Of a stretch of DNA of 64,000 bases, positions 1 through 13,112 are shown piece after piece. A model generated the notes under the pieces. The model was given only the letters and a program-made list of their open reading frames with translations, did not search any database and was not told the origin of the DNA. Source of the stretch: Iphione sp. A-MEVVRFRX5 (Eukaryota). Both the position numbers and the translations under genes were made by a program. The first letter of the stretch is position 1. Every line of letters starts with the position of its first letter. The DNA is taken from assembly GCA_976226885.1 (NCBI GenBank), contig OZ320323.1, positions 24,242,001-24,306,000 of the forward strand, read 5' to 3'.

Positions 1-4
1 CATA

Positions 5-60
5 AGATTCAAGATTCAAGATCGTTTGTTGATGTCTCCGTACATGTGTTACAGAGCTTC
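5..60 (-). mobile_element. Possible 3' tail remnant of a non-LTR retrotransposon, (CTTGAAT)n on the - strand
   Basis: Tandem AAGATTC repeats at the window start, with a related (AAGGATTC)n tail at 6184. Short tandem-repeat tails are typical of several LINE clades. No coding sequence was seen. Confidence 0.3.
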
Positions 61-284
61 CCAGAGCAATACAGTAATAGAAAGGCATTCAATACATTAA
101 GTGATTAAGTTGATTCGCCACAAGAAGACAAAATGAAAATTGGTAAGATATAATACACCCTCCACCTAATAGTCGTCAAACTATTTACGTAGAATACATC
201 AAGGACATATACAGTTTGAATCACATACTACAGAGCGCACAAAAGTCAGGAGGATGTATTGTGACATCAAAAGTGGTGAGCAGA

Positions 285-405
285 GACTCATGACTGAGAG
301 TATAAGTGTGAGTGAGAGCATGAGTGACAGTGAGAGCATGAGCAAGAGTATGAGTAAGAGCAGGAGTAACAGGGAAAGTATGAGTGAGAGTATGTGTGTT
401 AAAAC
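285..405. repeat. GAGT/GAGC-rich low-complexity repeat
   Basis: Degenerate (TGAG/AGAG/ATGAG)n tract. It produces the spurious SMSE/LSL ORFs in the track. Confidence 0.8.
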
Positions 406-894
406 TGCATGCTTTTTTGTGCCGATCACAAAGAATCATGCCCAATTCCATGTGTTTTTGTAATGCTCACCTAGAGCAAAGGCTCTGTATACATTTCGTA
501 CTTAGGAGAAAAACTACAAACACTTCAGTTCTAGGGCTCCAAAAAGGACAGGACTTGAACTAAAATACTGCATGCTGAATCACGGAAGTGATGAAAAACT
601 ATGATAACTTGTCAACTATTCCCCTAGAGGGATGGGACTACATGCAGACCCAAAATTTTGTGCTGATCACAAAGAATTACACTTTAAGCAGATAAAGTGA
701 GAAACTGCAACAACTCAGAAACTATTGCACATAGGACAGGATTTCAACCAAAATGCTCCGGGCCAATGAACGCAAGTCATAGGGACAGGTTAGGGTGACC
801 CAGCTGAGAGGCAGGTAAAGAGAAAAACTGTGAAAACTATTGCACATAGAAGGATGGGGCTTGAAGCAAAGTGCTGCAGGCCAACTGATGCAGG

Positions 895-952
895 TGATGA
901 TGACGATGATGATGACAAGGAGGAGGAGGTCCATAGACATGCCATGTGTGTA

Positions 953-985
<33 letters not shown>

Positions 986-1010
986 CAGAGAGACAGAGAG
1001 AGAGAGAGAG
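895..1010. repeat. Compound microsatellite (GAT)n-(TG)n-(AG)n
   Basis: Directly visible in the sequence. Confidence 0.9.
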
Positions 1011-2393
1011 GGCTGCTGGCGGGCCTCTGCTGGGCCGCTGCCAGGTGACTGGTGGACCAACCCACCTTCCTTCCCACTCAGGCAGGACCTGTCAATCAAG
1101 TGCAGCTCCTGATTCAAGCGAACTGCCACCACCCCTCTTGCACTGCGAGGACCTGTCATTCAACCACGCCTCCTAAGGTTGTGTAACACCCTTCTGGCCG
1201 GCTCAGCATCAAAGACCACCTCAGCCCCACTGGAAATCCTGTAGACCTCCAAAGAGAAGTAAACCCTAATTAAGGTTGCATAACAGCCTCATTCTGCATC
1301 CTAGGCTTAGTCAGTAGGCCCCACCCCCTTTCAACACTGTGTTCCCCCTTGCAATAATGGAGGTCAGATCATCTGCAGTACTACGTAAGACCTACTGCAG
1401 ATATGACCTTCATTGAAAACATGGTTCCATGACTTTTCCCAAATATTTCATTTTGCCCTTACCAAAAACAAAATTGCATGACTTTGCCATGACCTCGAAG
1501 AAATTTCATCTTTCTATGACTTTTCCCTGACTAGTGGACATCTTGTGGGAACAGCCAGGTCTAGAAATATATTATTATATAAATGATGTATGGATCAGTA
1601 TAATTATCAGTTTTAGAGGATTTTGGTGGAAAATCACATTTACATCTTAAATGATAACAGTCTCAATTTGATCCATTACTGGGAGAATTTCACATTGTCC
1701 AACTTACATTTTTTTTTTTGATTATAGTAGCAAAACTTTGAGCATTTCCTCCGTGCAAATCTTTGTACCTACAAAAGACTCTGCACCTACTAAAGACATA
1801 AGGGTTCGCTACATCAATCAGATACATATTAGAGTTGGTTATGTCCAGCCCTCCCAGATATGGGTCAAATGTGTTGTTTTTCATAATAAGTGTATAAATA
1901 TAAACATTGTAGCATGCACATATTATTGTGATGAGCTTCTTCAGAAATGTACATTCTTGCAATTAACCAAGGTCCACACATGTATCAGGTTGCAAAATCA
2001 AAGAACCACTTTATTCAATTTTGCTACTCTATACACTTGTACCTTAGTGGCACTGCACAATAAAGAATGTAATAACCACATTTTGTCACATCTCACTTGC
2101 ATTTAATACCATCATAGCAACAATTGTATATTAGCAGAGTACAAATTCCATACCCTAAGACATATCTATTAATAACTCATTCTTTGGAAAAATGCCAAAG
2201 CACTCTTACATAAACTAGTATTTTGCCATTTGCATTCATCACAATATATATAACATCATCACTGTTAAGAAATATGACGTTACGAGTGATATGCATAAAT
2301 GATGGAATGTTAGAAATCAAATTAATGCGATGAATAAAAAATAGTTTTCTGATTTAATACAATTACTGAACTTTGCATAATTTTTTCTTCTGT

Positions 2394-5300
2394 TTAAGCC
2401 ACAAACTCCTCAGTTTCTTCATGATGATCCTCATTTGCAGCTGAAGATGTGTGGGATTTTTGTTGTTTTCTGGAATGAGACTTGTACTGCTTTCTCATCC
2501 CATACCTGGTGGCTCGACATAACATGACAACAAAGAGCAAAGCCTGACAGCAGACAGCAATGAACATGACATAGAGGAAGATGCCTGGACCAAGCTTTTC
2601 AAACAAGATACCGATGATCAGTGGAGCGACCATTTCTCCTCCGGCCCCAGCACACATGAACACAGCTCCAATGCCACCCTCAAGTGATATGTACTGTTCT
2701 GTCCATGTGATTCCTGCAAAAAAAAATTAATGTCAAATAAGTCGTAGCTAATTTAAAGACACAAAATATCAAGATTCTTCAGTACACATCCTTTAAACAT
2801 ATGAGGTCATAGCAGTTTTATTATTTCCACTGTATACTGATTCAGCCCTATTCTACTTCAGCAGTACTTACACTGTAGCAAGTTTCTACAAAAGGGAAAC
2901 CACAGTTAACCTTTCTGAGTAAGGGGCTTGTTGATTCAGAAGCTAACAGAACCTGAAGTTTAACACATGGATAATAGGGCAGCAACATTTGTAGGTCTCC
3001 CCTGGCCCACCTACTCTGTAACACAGTGAAAAAGGGAACTTTGTGATAGGCAGTAAATAAGGGTTCTCTCTGAAGCATCATAGGCAAATCAAGTTACTTA
3101 CAGTAGAGATATCCACAAAAGAAACCCCAAAGTCTAAAGGAATTGCAAGCACAGTAAACTGGATTGATATTTTTGTTATTTGCTGCAATTATTAAAGTAG
3201 GCTAATGAAATTTAGGTTTTTATGTTTACAGTTTCTCACTGTTATGACCAAGAGTTCACCTAACTAAGCTGGAGATACTATGTATGGGTGTCTGTTTCAA
3301 TCTTGCTGATTTCGTTCTCAAAGCAGTGTATAACAATCTGTATCCTTACCTGTTGCAAATATGGTTGAAAGACCTAGGCCAAGTGACACAGTGGTTACCC
3401 AAACAACCAGGTCGTGAGCATGGCTGAAAAACAGCATGACTGCTAAAGATGAAACACTAAGAGTAAGGTTTCCAGTCAACATAACCCAGGGTGCAATAAA
3501 CTTCACAATGAGGATCCCTACTGCCCTGCCAGCAGTGAGGGCAAACCAGTAGCTAGAGGTTACCCGTGCACCCTCCTTCTCACTCCAGTTCAGTTCCTTC
3601 ACTGTGAACGCTGTAATATAGTTCCCAAAGTTCATCTCTAGAATGCAGTAAGTGAGATAAAACAGAAAAACCAGGATAACAAGTTGTATGCGGAAAGAAC
3701 GATTTGTCTCCTCGCTCTCTTTTTTCTTCTCTCCTTCCTCCTCCTCTTTGTCAATTTCTCTCGGTCTGTTTCGGCATCGGATCTTTAAATCACTGCAGAA
3801 AAGGCCTACAGAACAGAGCAGCACTGCAGCTATGAAAGCGATTGATCCAACGATTAGATAGGCCCACTTTGATTTAGCTTCAAAAATCTCCTCCAGCTGC
3901 ACGGTGTCTATGGTGCTGTTTTCTGCCAGTGTGGTGGCATTTAGTGGACTGTACTTGAGGGCTTCATCATTGGAGACCAAGCTCTTGGAGAAGTTCAGAA
4001 CACCAGACACACTGACATAAACAACATCAGTGCTCACCACTGGCACGACTGTTGCTGTGTCTGCTGTTGCTGTGTCTGCTGTTGAAGCTGCGACAGCCCG
4101 GGGTGGCAGAAAAGGCTCAGCGATAAGAGGACCAACAAGGGCACCTATCCCAAAGACACAGTGGAGGGCCTGCATCCAGGGGCCATTCTCTTCCTTCCAT
4201 ATCTTCAGTAGCACTAGATTCCCACCTAAGATGCATAAGAAGTTGCAAATGGAATAATGCAATGTTGATGCTGCGACAAACTATGGGCAAATTTAATGAA
4301 AGTAAATATGCACAAACACAGAGATACACATACACAAAGGTACACATGCACATACTTCAATATCAACCTGTCGAATGTTGCAGGCTCTAAAAGCTGTACT
4401 GTAATAATTGAGTCACCTCACTTACTCCCCATCAGGTATGTGTTCTAGTTAGAATGGCCAGGCTCTAACAATTTTAGAAACCATACCTTAAATGTAGACA
4501 AATGCTAACCTACCATAAGCTTTTGAGTAAAACCCTGGTATACGAGGGTTATCTGTTGTACAACTCTTACAGTTGTTGTTTTTCTACTCACCACCACAGT
4601 GTTTTATTTATCACATTTGAAAATACATTGATGCCTCACTATACAATCACTTCTATTTCTTGTGATTTCATGCAGATAATAAAAAATCCATAGAAGATAA
4701 TTATAAAAGTGCTGTAAAAAGGCATTTGTCTCGCCCCAAATTGTATATCTGTATACAGAAAAAATCTGCATTTAGAATGCCCTGATACAGAGTATTTTGC
4801 ATACATGTACATGCACACACAAAACCAGTAAAATGTTGTATACCACCTGACATGTTCTAAAACCACAAAAAAAATACAATATACTTCAGTTGTAAGAAAG
4901 GTTCGAAGGTGTTATGATTACCTCATGGGTGTAACATGTCAAAATGGCCCCCAGCGAGAACAGCCTGAATAAAAGGTCCCCCCCCCCCACCAGGTTTACT
5001 GCTAACGCCTACTACCAGGTTACCTTTAGCATTTCCTACTCTGCTGATACTTCTCTGATTTAAATGCAACAAAATGCTATGGAATGCAAAGGCTCCAAGG
5101 AAGACAATGAGCTATAGGATCATTCTCTCTGACCAATCGAGAACAGCCCAGTCAAAATGTCAACCCCCTCCCCCCAAACTGATTAGCAACATAAACCCAC
5201 CAGTTTTTTGTATGCCCACCCTAAGAATAAACCCAGGTGACAGCCCCTGACAAATTTGACCTTTTTTGTAACATTAGACTACATCCATATATGCTTACAT

Positions 5301-7426
5301 GCTTAATAATTTCTTAAACAAGGTCACTATCTCAATATGCTTATTACAAAAAAAACAAACAAGAGCAGGAACACAGGGGAGTTGTACTGCCAGAGGTGTC
5401 AGTGCTAAAGCCGGGGGACCCTTTTCACTGGGCCATTCTTGCTGGGAGCCATTCTGACGAATTCCTCATGGGTAGTATTTCTCATCCAATTATCTAACCT
5501 TAATCATCCCACTATTCTATTGCAAAACTGGATAACAGTGTTTTTGTCACATGCATGAGCTAACAGTTTCTTACCTGCATCATAGAAAGATCCTCCGCAA
5601 CCATATATGCTGAACAGAGCGGAGAGGAGACCAATCTGATTCACATACGGGGCAGTTGCGTATCCTACAGCATTAAGGAACAGTACCCCTGCCAGCAGAA
5701 ACCAGTAGTTAAGACGGTTGATGAGGATGCCACCTAAAATGGCACCAACAAGACCTCCAATAGAGCGTGCCGTGAAGATGAAGGATATCTGGGCGGTGTT
5801 GGACTTTGTCTGTCGCTCGAGATCCAGCAAAGTGGGGCCTAGCACAGAAAATGTAGTCCCCTTGAATTGGAAGAAATAAAAACCTCTCATTCAACAAAAA
5901 CACGTCTTGCCAACTGGGTAGTAGCTGGTAATCACTTTTTCAACAATTTGACATATTTTACTAGAATATGCATCAATTTTGCTACATCATGCCACAATCT
6001 AGTGTACCTTACTAGAACATGTGGCATCTTGTCAGAATCTGCAATATCCTGCTATAACTTTACCACGTACTACTGTTGATGACATTAACTACATTTCTTC
6101 AAATCTTTCGATTATTTATCATCATGTTCACTGCTGATTACTAACACAATGCAGTTTTATCACTACAATTTACTGCTTCTAATAAGGATTCAAGGATTCA
6201 AGGATTTTATTCAACATCTCCGCTGGCATACAGAGTTACCAGTATCAAATAGCTGTGCAAATAAGAAAAACATGGAAATTGTGTGAACAGATAATTACAA
6301 TATCGGCAAATTCATGAGATCAGCATAAAATGATGACATGAAAGATCATCATGAATGATCATCCTTGAGTAAACCCTGAGGTACTCATCTGTAGTACATA
6401 TAGTGAAAAATTACATATTGGCACACAATCTGTTATATCTTCACCAGATGACTATGCGCGAGTCATAAACGTCTTTATGCGTACAATATCATGTTTGAAT
6501 ATATATGACTCAATCAGGCAAAGCATCAAGTGAATACTTTAACGAGTGTAAGTCTGAGTTCCCTTTCATAACCATCTTCTGAAAATAACAACCGATGCGA
6601 AAACGTCAAATAAACACACTCAGTAATGATATGTGCTGCAGTTCTACGTTGACATAAGTGGGTCACAAAACAAGATACCATTAAATCTTGAGTAACATAC
6701 ACAATGCAGTGCCTGGGTATCAACGCTCAATTGTACAATCGGCAATGTTGGGAATTGGGTAGTCATGGGGGGTAGGGAATTGCAGGTTATTTTATGGACA
6801 GAGACTTAACATCTGGTATAGTAGCGTGGGACACTAAGTATTAGAGGATATAACTGCAGTGTCAATGACTAGTACAGTAGACTCTCACCTAGCGACCAGT
6901 TGGCCAGTGCGACCAGTTTTTTAAAGAACAAATTATATTAAATAGGAGGAATAACCAATGCCTTAGAAGACCAGTCCCCTCAGGCGACCAGTTTGGTCCA
7001 GTCCCTTTGGTGGTTGCTTTAGATGGAGGCAACTGTAGTTAAGGTCTAGTGCAGGTTGAATAAATATATGTATTTATGAGATATCCTTTTCATATGCAGA
7101 ACAAGTAACCATAACCATTAATTATCTAATTTGGGGCTGATTTTTCTTAGTTTTGTTGAAAAAAGTACCTAAATCTTTTGAAACAAACTTTACTAATAAA
7201 ACTTGATGATACTTTGACATGATCTCTCATTTTAAGATTCAATGTTATGCATAAGTACCAGAGCAAAGAAGCCAAGGTAATTGGAGGCCGTCTGTAGAAT
7301 TTTCTGTCGCTTTTCTTTTCTGGACATCTTCTTTGATTCTCCCTCCTTCCTTCTTGTTTTGGAAACCATCCGATCATCCACAGAGAGGCCATTCTGATCA
7401 GTTTCTTCATTGCTGGTAAAAGCCAT
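2394..7426 (-). CDS. MFS transporter, MFSD4/NaGLT1 (sodium-dependent glucose transporter 1)-like, 549 aa
   Basis: Coding exons 7426-7259, 5860-5575, 4225-3350 and 2713-2394 join in phase with GT-AG boundaries (1650 nt, stop TAA at 2394-2396). The sequence has the MFSD4-type motifs LGPTLLDL...ISFIFTARSIG, WMQALHCVFGIGALVGPLIAEPFL, GAGGEMVAPLIIG, and about 12 hydrophobic segments. Confidence 0.9.
6184..6240 (-). mobile_element. Possible LINE 3' tail remnant (AAGGATTC)n in an MFS-gene intron
   Basis: AAGGATTCAAGGATTCAAGGATTTTATT, similar to the repeat at positions 5-60. Confidence 0.3.
6875..7035. mobile_element. Tc1/mariner-type MITE, 161 bp
   Basis: TA|CAGT...ACTG|TA ends with imperfect ~24-bp TIRs (CAGTAGACTCTCACCTAGCGACCA versus CAGTTGCCTCCATCTAAAGCAACCA). 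Confidence 0.65.
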
Positions 7427-9389
7427 GGCTATATCTGGAAGATATATATAAATATGTATTTATATTTATAACTGATTACATTATATGTATACCTTTATAT
7501 CATTAATTTAACAAATTCAGGCCAACAATCTGGGCAAAGGTTTTTATTATTTTTATTATATCATTATAATTCATATACACATTTATAATCCAATCCTAAT
7601 ACATACCATATCCAAGTGAGAAAATTACCTAATGTGGTAATTATCCTCATTATTGAAATAGTTGTGCTTCAGTCCTCAACAATTTTGTTGTACAAGTTCA
7701 TGTAACATTTTAACTAACACCTGAATTTTACATGTAACCAGGGAACTGATCACATGCCTTTAGGTAATCTTTAGAAATGAATACAAGCCAACTAAAAACC
7801 AGCCAAGAGCTGATGTGTTCTACTGAAAGAAATAAAAGAAAAATGTGTGTATTCGGTGGAAAGGAAGAATTTTCACTATTCCAAGACCTTGCTGCTCATT
7901 CTTTAAAAATGCAGGATCGCACCAATATTCTGCAATTGTGCAATTGTGTGTAAGACAAATCCTACCCCATTCCAGAACTGCACCAGTAGGATACAAAAGA
8001 AGTGGAAATAGCCACATGATGAGGAGTCTCCCAGCAGCAATGAGCCTTTGACCAACCTGGAACTCTCTGAGGGCTAGACCTTCCAACTTGAGGTCTATGT
8101 GGGGCTCACTGGCAGGCTTTTAGCTTCTGTGAACCTCATGTTGCAGGCTGACATGTCTGAGAAGTGTCCCAAGTTTGTTAAGGGCCAAAGAAACACAATG
8201 CTCCATAGGGCTTCTCTGAAGACAAGGCATTGTTGGTTTCATGAATTGCAAAAACATAGTGCTCCAAGAATACAGCTGGTGTCAGTGGCTGTCCCAATGG
8301 TGTCACAGATGGTTGTATCTGCCACTCATGTTGTTAATTCCTGACTGGTTCTGTGACACCTGGGTGACTTGATATTTCTGATGGCTTCTCACCTTCTTTT
8401 GATGCTGACATGCCCCCTCTCCCAAAACAGTGGACTGCTGGAAGTCTACGTGGGCTGGGAGAACCCTGGACAAGTCCAACTCACCTTGTTTCATCATGCC
8501 ACATGGGAACTGATCCTTACAATAGTCATTTTCTAGTTCCATAAATGATTCTTGAGATTTACAAATTGAGATGACGAAGGGGGTTTTTGTAGTACACACA
8601 TTCACACTTTAGGATATCTGGTTATTCCATATTTTCTTATCATCCTGGTCTGGACTATGTGAGGGTCTTTCCTTGTATACATACTCAATAGAATATACAA
8701 AATGGCCCCTAGGGGCCAGATTGATACCTGCTATAATGGTTAAATTCATGTAACCTTCCAGCTACCTGGATATGCATGTCACCTTAAAAATTGCTATTTA
8801 GCCAATCAGTGGCCTATTCACACATCCATATGCATATGTCTGGGCACATGGGTAGGAACATAGTTAATGTGTCTGTTGTTTTTCCTCTACATCACAGCTA
8901 TGCATTTGAAAATGTACATATGAATACATGGAAAACCTGTCTAACACTCAAAGCTCTTCAATTAAATATACATACTGTACCAAGCCCATTTTGAATAGGT
9001 GAAGCACTATGGCCTCAAAAAAAGACATATATTACAGGTTACCTTTTTGATGTTTGATCCACTTGGAACAATAAGCAGTGGAAATGTATATTACTGATCC
9101 AAGAAATTTAGGTTCTGTGGGATAAATGTGTACTTGTGATCTGATAGGCTATTTGCTGGGACTAATGAACACTGGCTAGTGAAGTAATAGTATCTTTGAG
9201 GCTTTCAGATGATGTAATGTTGATGCAATATGGATATAACACAATATGGAATGACACAAATGAAAACTGGTGACAACATATTGTTGTATGGATGCTCACT
9301 ACAAAGACATATGACTCAGATCCAAAGTTCAATGAAGTTTACAAAAATGATGCAGTGGACGCTGCATATGGAGGTCATACTTTCTCAAA

Positions 9390-9940
9390 TAGTGAGAGTA
9401 TGAATGGAGTGAGAGTGTGTGAAAGTAAGAATGTGAGTGAGAGCATGAGTGAAGGTATGAGAGGGTGTCAGTGAGAGTGAGAATGTGAGTGAGAGTAAGA
9501 GAAAGAGTGCAAGAATAATAATGTTACAGCATGACTGTAAGTGAGAGCATGAGTCTGAGTATGACTGAGAGTGAGAGTATGGGAAGGAGTTTGAGAGTGT
9601 CAACAAGAGTGAGTGCAAGTCAGAATGTGAAAGTATGAGTGAGAGTGAGAGCATCAGAAAATGAGTGTAAACAAGTGTGAGAATAAGAGTGTGAATGAGA
9701 GTAAAGGTGACAGTAAAAACATGAGTAAGAGTGACAATGTGAGAGTAAACCCCTTCCTACACTGAGTGAAAGCACAAGTGTGGGAGTATGAATGAGAGTA
9801 TGAGTGTGACTGAGTGCATGAGTAAGAGTTAAGTGGAAACATGAGTGTGAGTAAGAGCATGAGTGAGAGTATGAGTGAGTGAGAGCATAAGATATAAGTG
9901 AGAGCATGAGTAAGAGTATAAGTGAGAGCATGAGTGTCAG
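9390..9940. repeat. GAGT-rich low-complexity tract
   Basis: Same degenerate (TGAG/AGTG) composition as 285-405. It produces spurious S/H/L-rich ORFs. Confidence 0.8.
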
Positions 9941-10663
9941 TGATACCACCTGCTCACTCATGGGAGAGGGGATGGAGACTCGTTGGGGAGAGTGGTATCT
10001 AGTGGTTCCCATGTTAATTTTCATGCACAACACCGACTTTTACACCACTTACTGAGGGTGGAGAGTGACTGCAGATGACGGACCACCACTGAGACACCCT
10101 GGTGGCTGCCTGCTCAGTGATGAAGGGTTGAGAGTGGTACACGGCACACTAATGAGACACCCTGGTGGCTGCCTACTCACTGATGAAGGGTGGAGAGTGG
10201 TATCCAGTGGTCCTTATGCTAATTTATGCGCAGAATGCCATCACAGCACACTACTGCCCCTAGAACAACTGGAACTGAACCAAAATACTTTTGAGCTACT
10301 GAGGTATACCATGGGACCCCAGTGGCCACCTGCTGGTGATTCACACTCCCACCTTATTCCCTCCTGCTCTGACCCACTCCCCTTTGGGCACTCGCGGTCA
10401 AAGCAGGGTGCTTGGCGCCCCTACCATATTCCCTACTGCTTTTACCCCTGCTTCCTTGAGCGATCACAGTTGAAGCAGGGTGCTTGATGCTCCCACCTGA
10501 TTCCCTAATTTTCTTGTATGAGCAATATTTTTTAGTGTTTGCCTTCAAAAAATGTAAATTAGGGTAAATTAAATGTAAATTTTAGTAATTGTATCTCATT
10601 TTCAATCCTCTCATCCTGCCATGGCAACCAAATGTGTGAGATGATCATGTTTTCGAATTAACA

Positions 10664-12103
10664 ATGTGAAAACGTGGCGAAGGGTTTAAATCAGTCTCTG
10701 AGCTCCGGTGCGACCATGCAGAAGGGCTAGGGTGACAGTGCACCCTCCCAACATGTGGAATGCAAACCTCTAGACCCAAGTAAAAATTCGGGAGAAGTGG
10801 TTGTGGGGCCTCAGTGTAGAGAAGGCTGCTCATCAACAATTTTTGGAAAAAATATATTTCTGAGGGGGAGATGTAGAGTTCCCATGATGCTTCCTGGAAG
10901 GGAGGGGAGAAGGGGGAGGGGCTCCTCAGTGTAGTCCAGTGGAGGGTGGGATGGGATGATGTGGAGGGGGCAGCAGGAGGAGAGGGGGGATGGGGGAAGA
11001 GAAAGAGGTGACAGGTAATGGTTAGCCGTTGTGGGTCCATGGGGGATGCATGGTTTCGACTGTAATAGTCTCATCAGGCACCGTGGGAGAAGCATGGCCA
11101 CCCAGTATAGGGTGTAAAAAATCTGAGTACCCACCCGGTCCATATGGAACCTCCAAAGGCCCCTGTGGGCAGTGGGTGTACTAGGGGACCTTACGGTATA
11201 TATGGGGTCTATGATAGTAGAGGTTTGCTGGTACTAGCCTGTGGTACCCATAGTCCGCAGGTGGAGAGCCGGAAGGTTCCCCCTCCACAGAGGGCCAGAA
11301 TCAGAAAGAATGGGCAGAAAAAATTTTTTTTATGAGGCTAGGGCCCTGTGGAAGGGGATTGTTCTCTCTGGGTGGTCCCTCTCCGAAGATATGGTGTTAA
11401 GACCCAGTAATGCTTGGGTCCTTAGGCGGTGTATCCATCGGTGTTCAATCAGGAGGCATAGGTGTAGTGCCTTCTCACTCCTGGGGTGGCTATGAATAAA
11501 GTCCAAAATATGCACCTCGATGTCCTGTATGCCTTGATGGTTTCCCGAAGTGAAGTGAAGGGGGACAAAACCATCGCCTACCCTGTGGGTGATGTTATAG
11601 AAATGGGATCTCAGTCGCACATTCAGTCTGTTCCTGGTGTGTCCCATATATTGGGCCCCGCATCTCTTGCAGGTGATGCAGTAGATGACATTGGAGCTCC
11701 AACACGTGATGTTGTGTTTAGCGATATAGGAGCGGCCTGTTACTGTGCTCCTGATCCTACCTGTCTTGTTGAGGCGTGGACAATATCAGCACAGTCTCGT
11801 GCGGCAGCATCTCAGAGGTCCCTTGTCCCCTTTGTGCAGGGGCAGGACAAGGGATGGGAGAGGGACAGGTGCAGGAGGGAGGAGGGACGGGGCAAGGGGC
11901 ATGGTGGGGGGAGGAATCGGGAACGGACTAGTAGGTCCTTGAGGTTTTTCGGGCGGCGGAATCCATACCTGACAGGGGTATTGTAGATGTGCAGTGTGGA
12001 CAGCGACCACGCCAGGAGGGCCCAGTTCCTGGTGATTATATCCCTAAAGGCTGTGAATCCAGGAGTGTAGGTGGTGATAGCGTTGAAACGTTGGTCTTCT
12101 GCC
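10664..12103 (-). mobile_element. 5'-truncated, degenerate Penelope-like element (RT linker plus GIY-YIG endonuclease) with an 18-bp TSD
   Basis: The - strand encodes the PLE linker YGFRRPKNLKDLLVRS, the GIY-YIG motif NVIYCITCKRCGAQYMGHT...RLRSH...HF, and the C-terminal EHRWIHRLRT...GLN, split by stops and frameshifts. CATGTTTTCGAATTAACA is repeated directly at 10646-10663 and 12104-12121. Confidence 0.85.
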
Positions 12104-12705
12104 CATGTTTTCGAATTAACATGCAATTCAAGGGCTTTCATATGATATATAACATTACAAAGCATCTCCTGCATTTAAACTTGCAGCTATGTTAAACTAC
12201 AGTCACCTATTCCTGAAACACCATTTTTTTGCTGGCCAGGAAAGGGTTAAATCAGCATGAACCGCTATTTGGCTGCTGTATTAAGCGCTAAGCGTCATTC
12301 CATAATTATTGGTGAACCGCTACAGGCTAGTAAATTCTTTAAGCATTATTGATGATCTGAGTTCTTGGTGAATTGTTATTAGCTATGCCATGCCCCCCCC
12401 CCCCGTGTATACCTGACCCAATGCAAAAGCGAATTCCATGCCTCTTTTTCCATACAAAATCCCATTGGCAAAAGAGAGCAAGTAACCTCTGAGTAAGGTG
12501 ATGTAACAGCACTGATACCGGCTAGGACATGAAAGACTTGAAAGAGTAGGCCCCACCCCCCATGTGTTTAGTTGTCTACATTTAATGGAGGTCATAGCAG
12601 AGCCACTAAAATTGCGGATATCACCTCCACTGATTACGACTATTACGTGGAGAGAAGGCAGCAACTGCAAGTTCCCTACACAACATCCTTATCCTTAACC
12701 CGGGC

Positions 12706-12785
12706 CGATCTCGAATGCGGACGCGTCTACAATGCGGACGATTTGAAGTAGAACGGAGGGTGTCCGGAATCGAGAGAGTGTACTG
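12706..12785. mobile_element. Right-end fragment of the same MITE family as 21715-22380
   Basis: Near-identical to 22301-22380 (GATCTCGAATGCGGAC...GGGTGTCCGGAAT.GAGAGAGTGTACTG|TA). Confidence 0.75.
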
Positions 12786-13023
12786 TATAAACTATGTGTG
12801 GGCCAGTAAAGCACACCTAAACCTACACACTCTTTCCCCACACTCTGTTCTACCGTACTATAGTATATATGAAAAAAAAATGTTTACAACCAGCTTCATT
12901 TTTCACAATTTCAGTACACGGACTCTATCGAACCGGCGACTTCTGACAGTGTCACTATCTTGGCACAATAAAATGAACGGCTATGTGAAATAAAGGACAA
13001 GACAATACCGGGAACCGACTTAC

Positions 13024-13112
13024 CTTTGCTCTCGGTGCTACTGATCCAGTATTTTCCATGTTGTAAGGGGTTCCCATATAGTTCTTTTAGTCACTGACAG
13101 AGGGCAGCCAAA
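13024..13112. promoter_or_regulatory. Probable bidirectional promoter and non-coding first exon of the MFS gene (-), head-to-head with DXO (+)
   Basis: A strong - strand donor AAG|GTAAGT lies at 13023, and a matching acceptor ttccag| lies at 7435, 8 nt before the MFS ATG. The DXO ATG is at 13113. Confidence 0.6.

Noticed and set aside
199-1159. Several overlapping ORFs (SMSE-, LSL-, THTH- and DDDD-rich)
   Set aside because: They are translations of microsatellite or low-complexity DNA, open in several frames and on both strands.
7820-8700. Cluster of short ORFs in the MFS first intron
   Set aside because: No recognisable domain in any frame. It may be an old TE, but that cannot be supported.
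9292-10033. ORFs of 60-137 aa rich in S/H/L
   Set aside because: Artefacts of the GAGT low-complexity tract.
10065-10215. CTAATGAG/CTGATGAAG in a short tandem duplication, resembling hammerhead cores
   Set aside because: No GAAA half-core follows stem II, so a hammerhead cannot be assembled.
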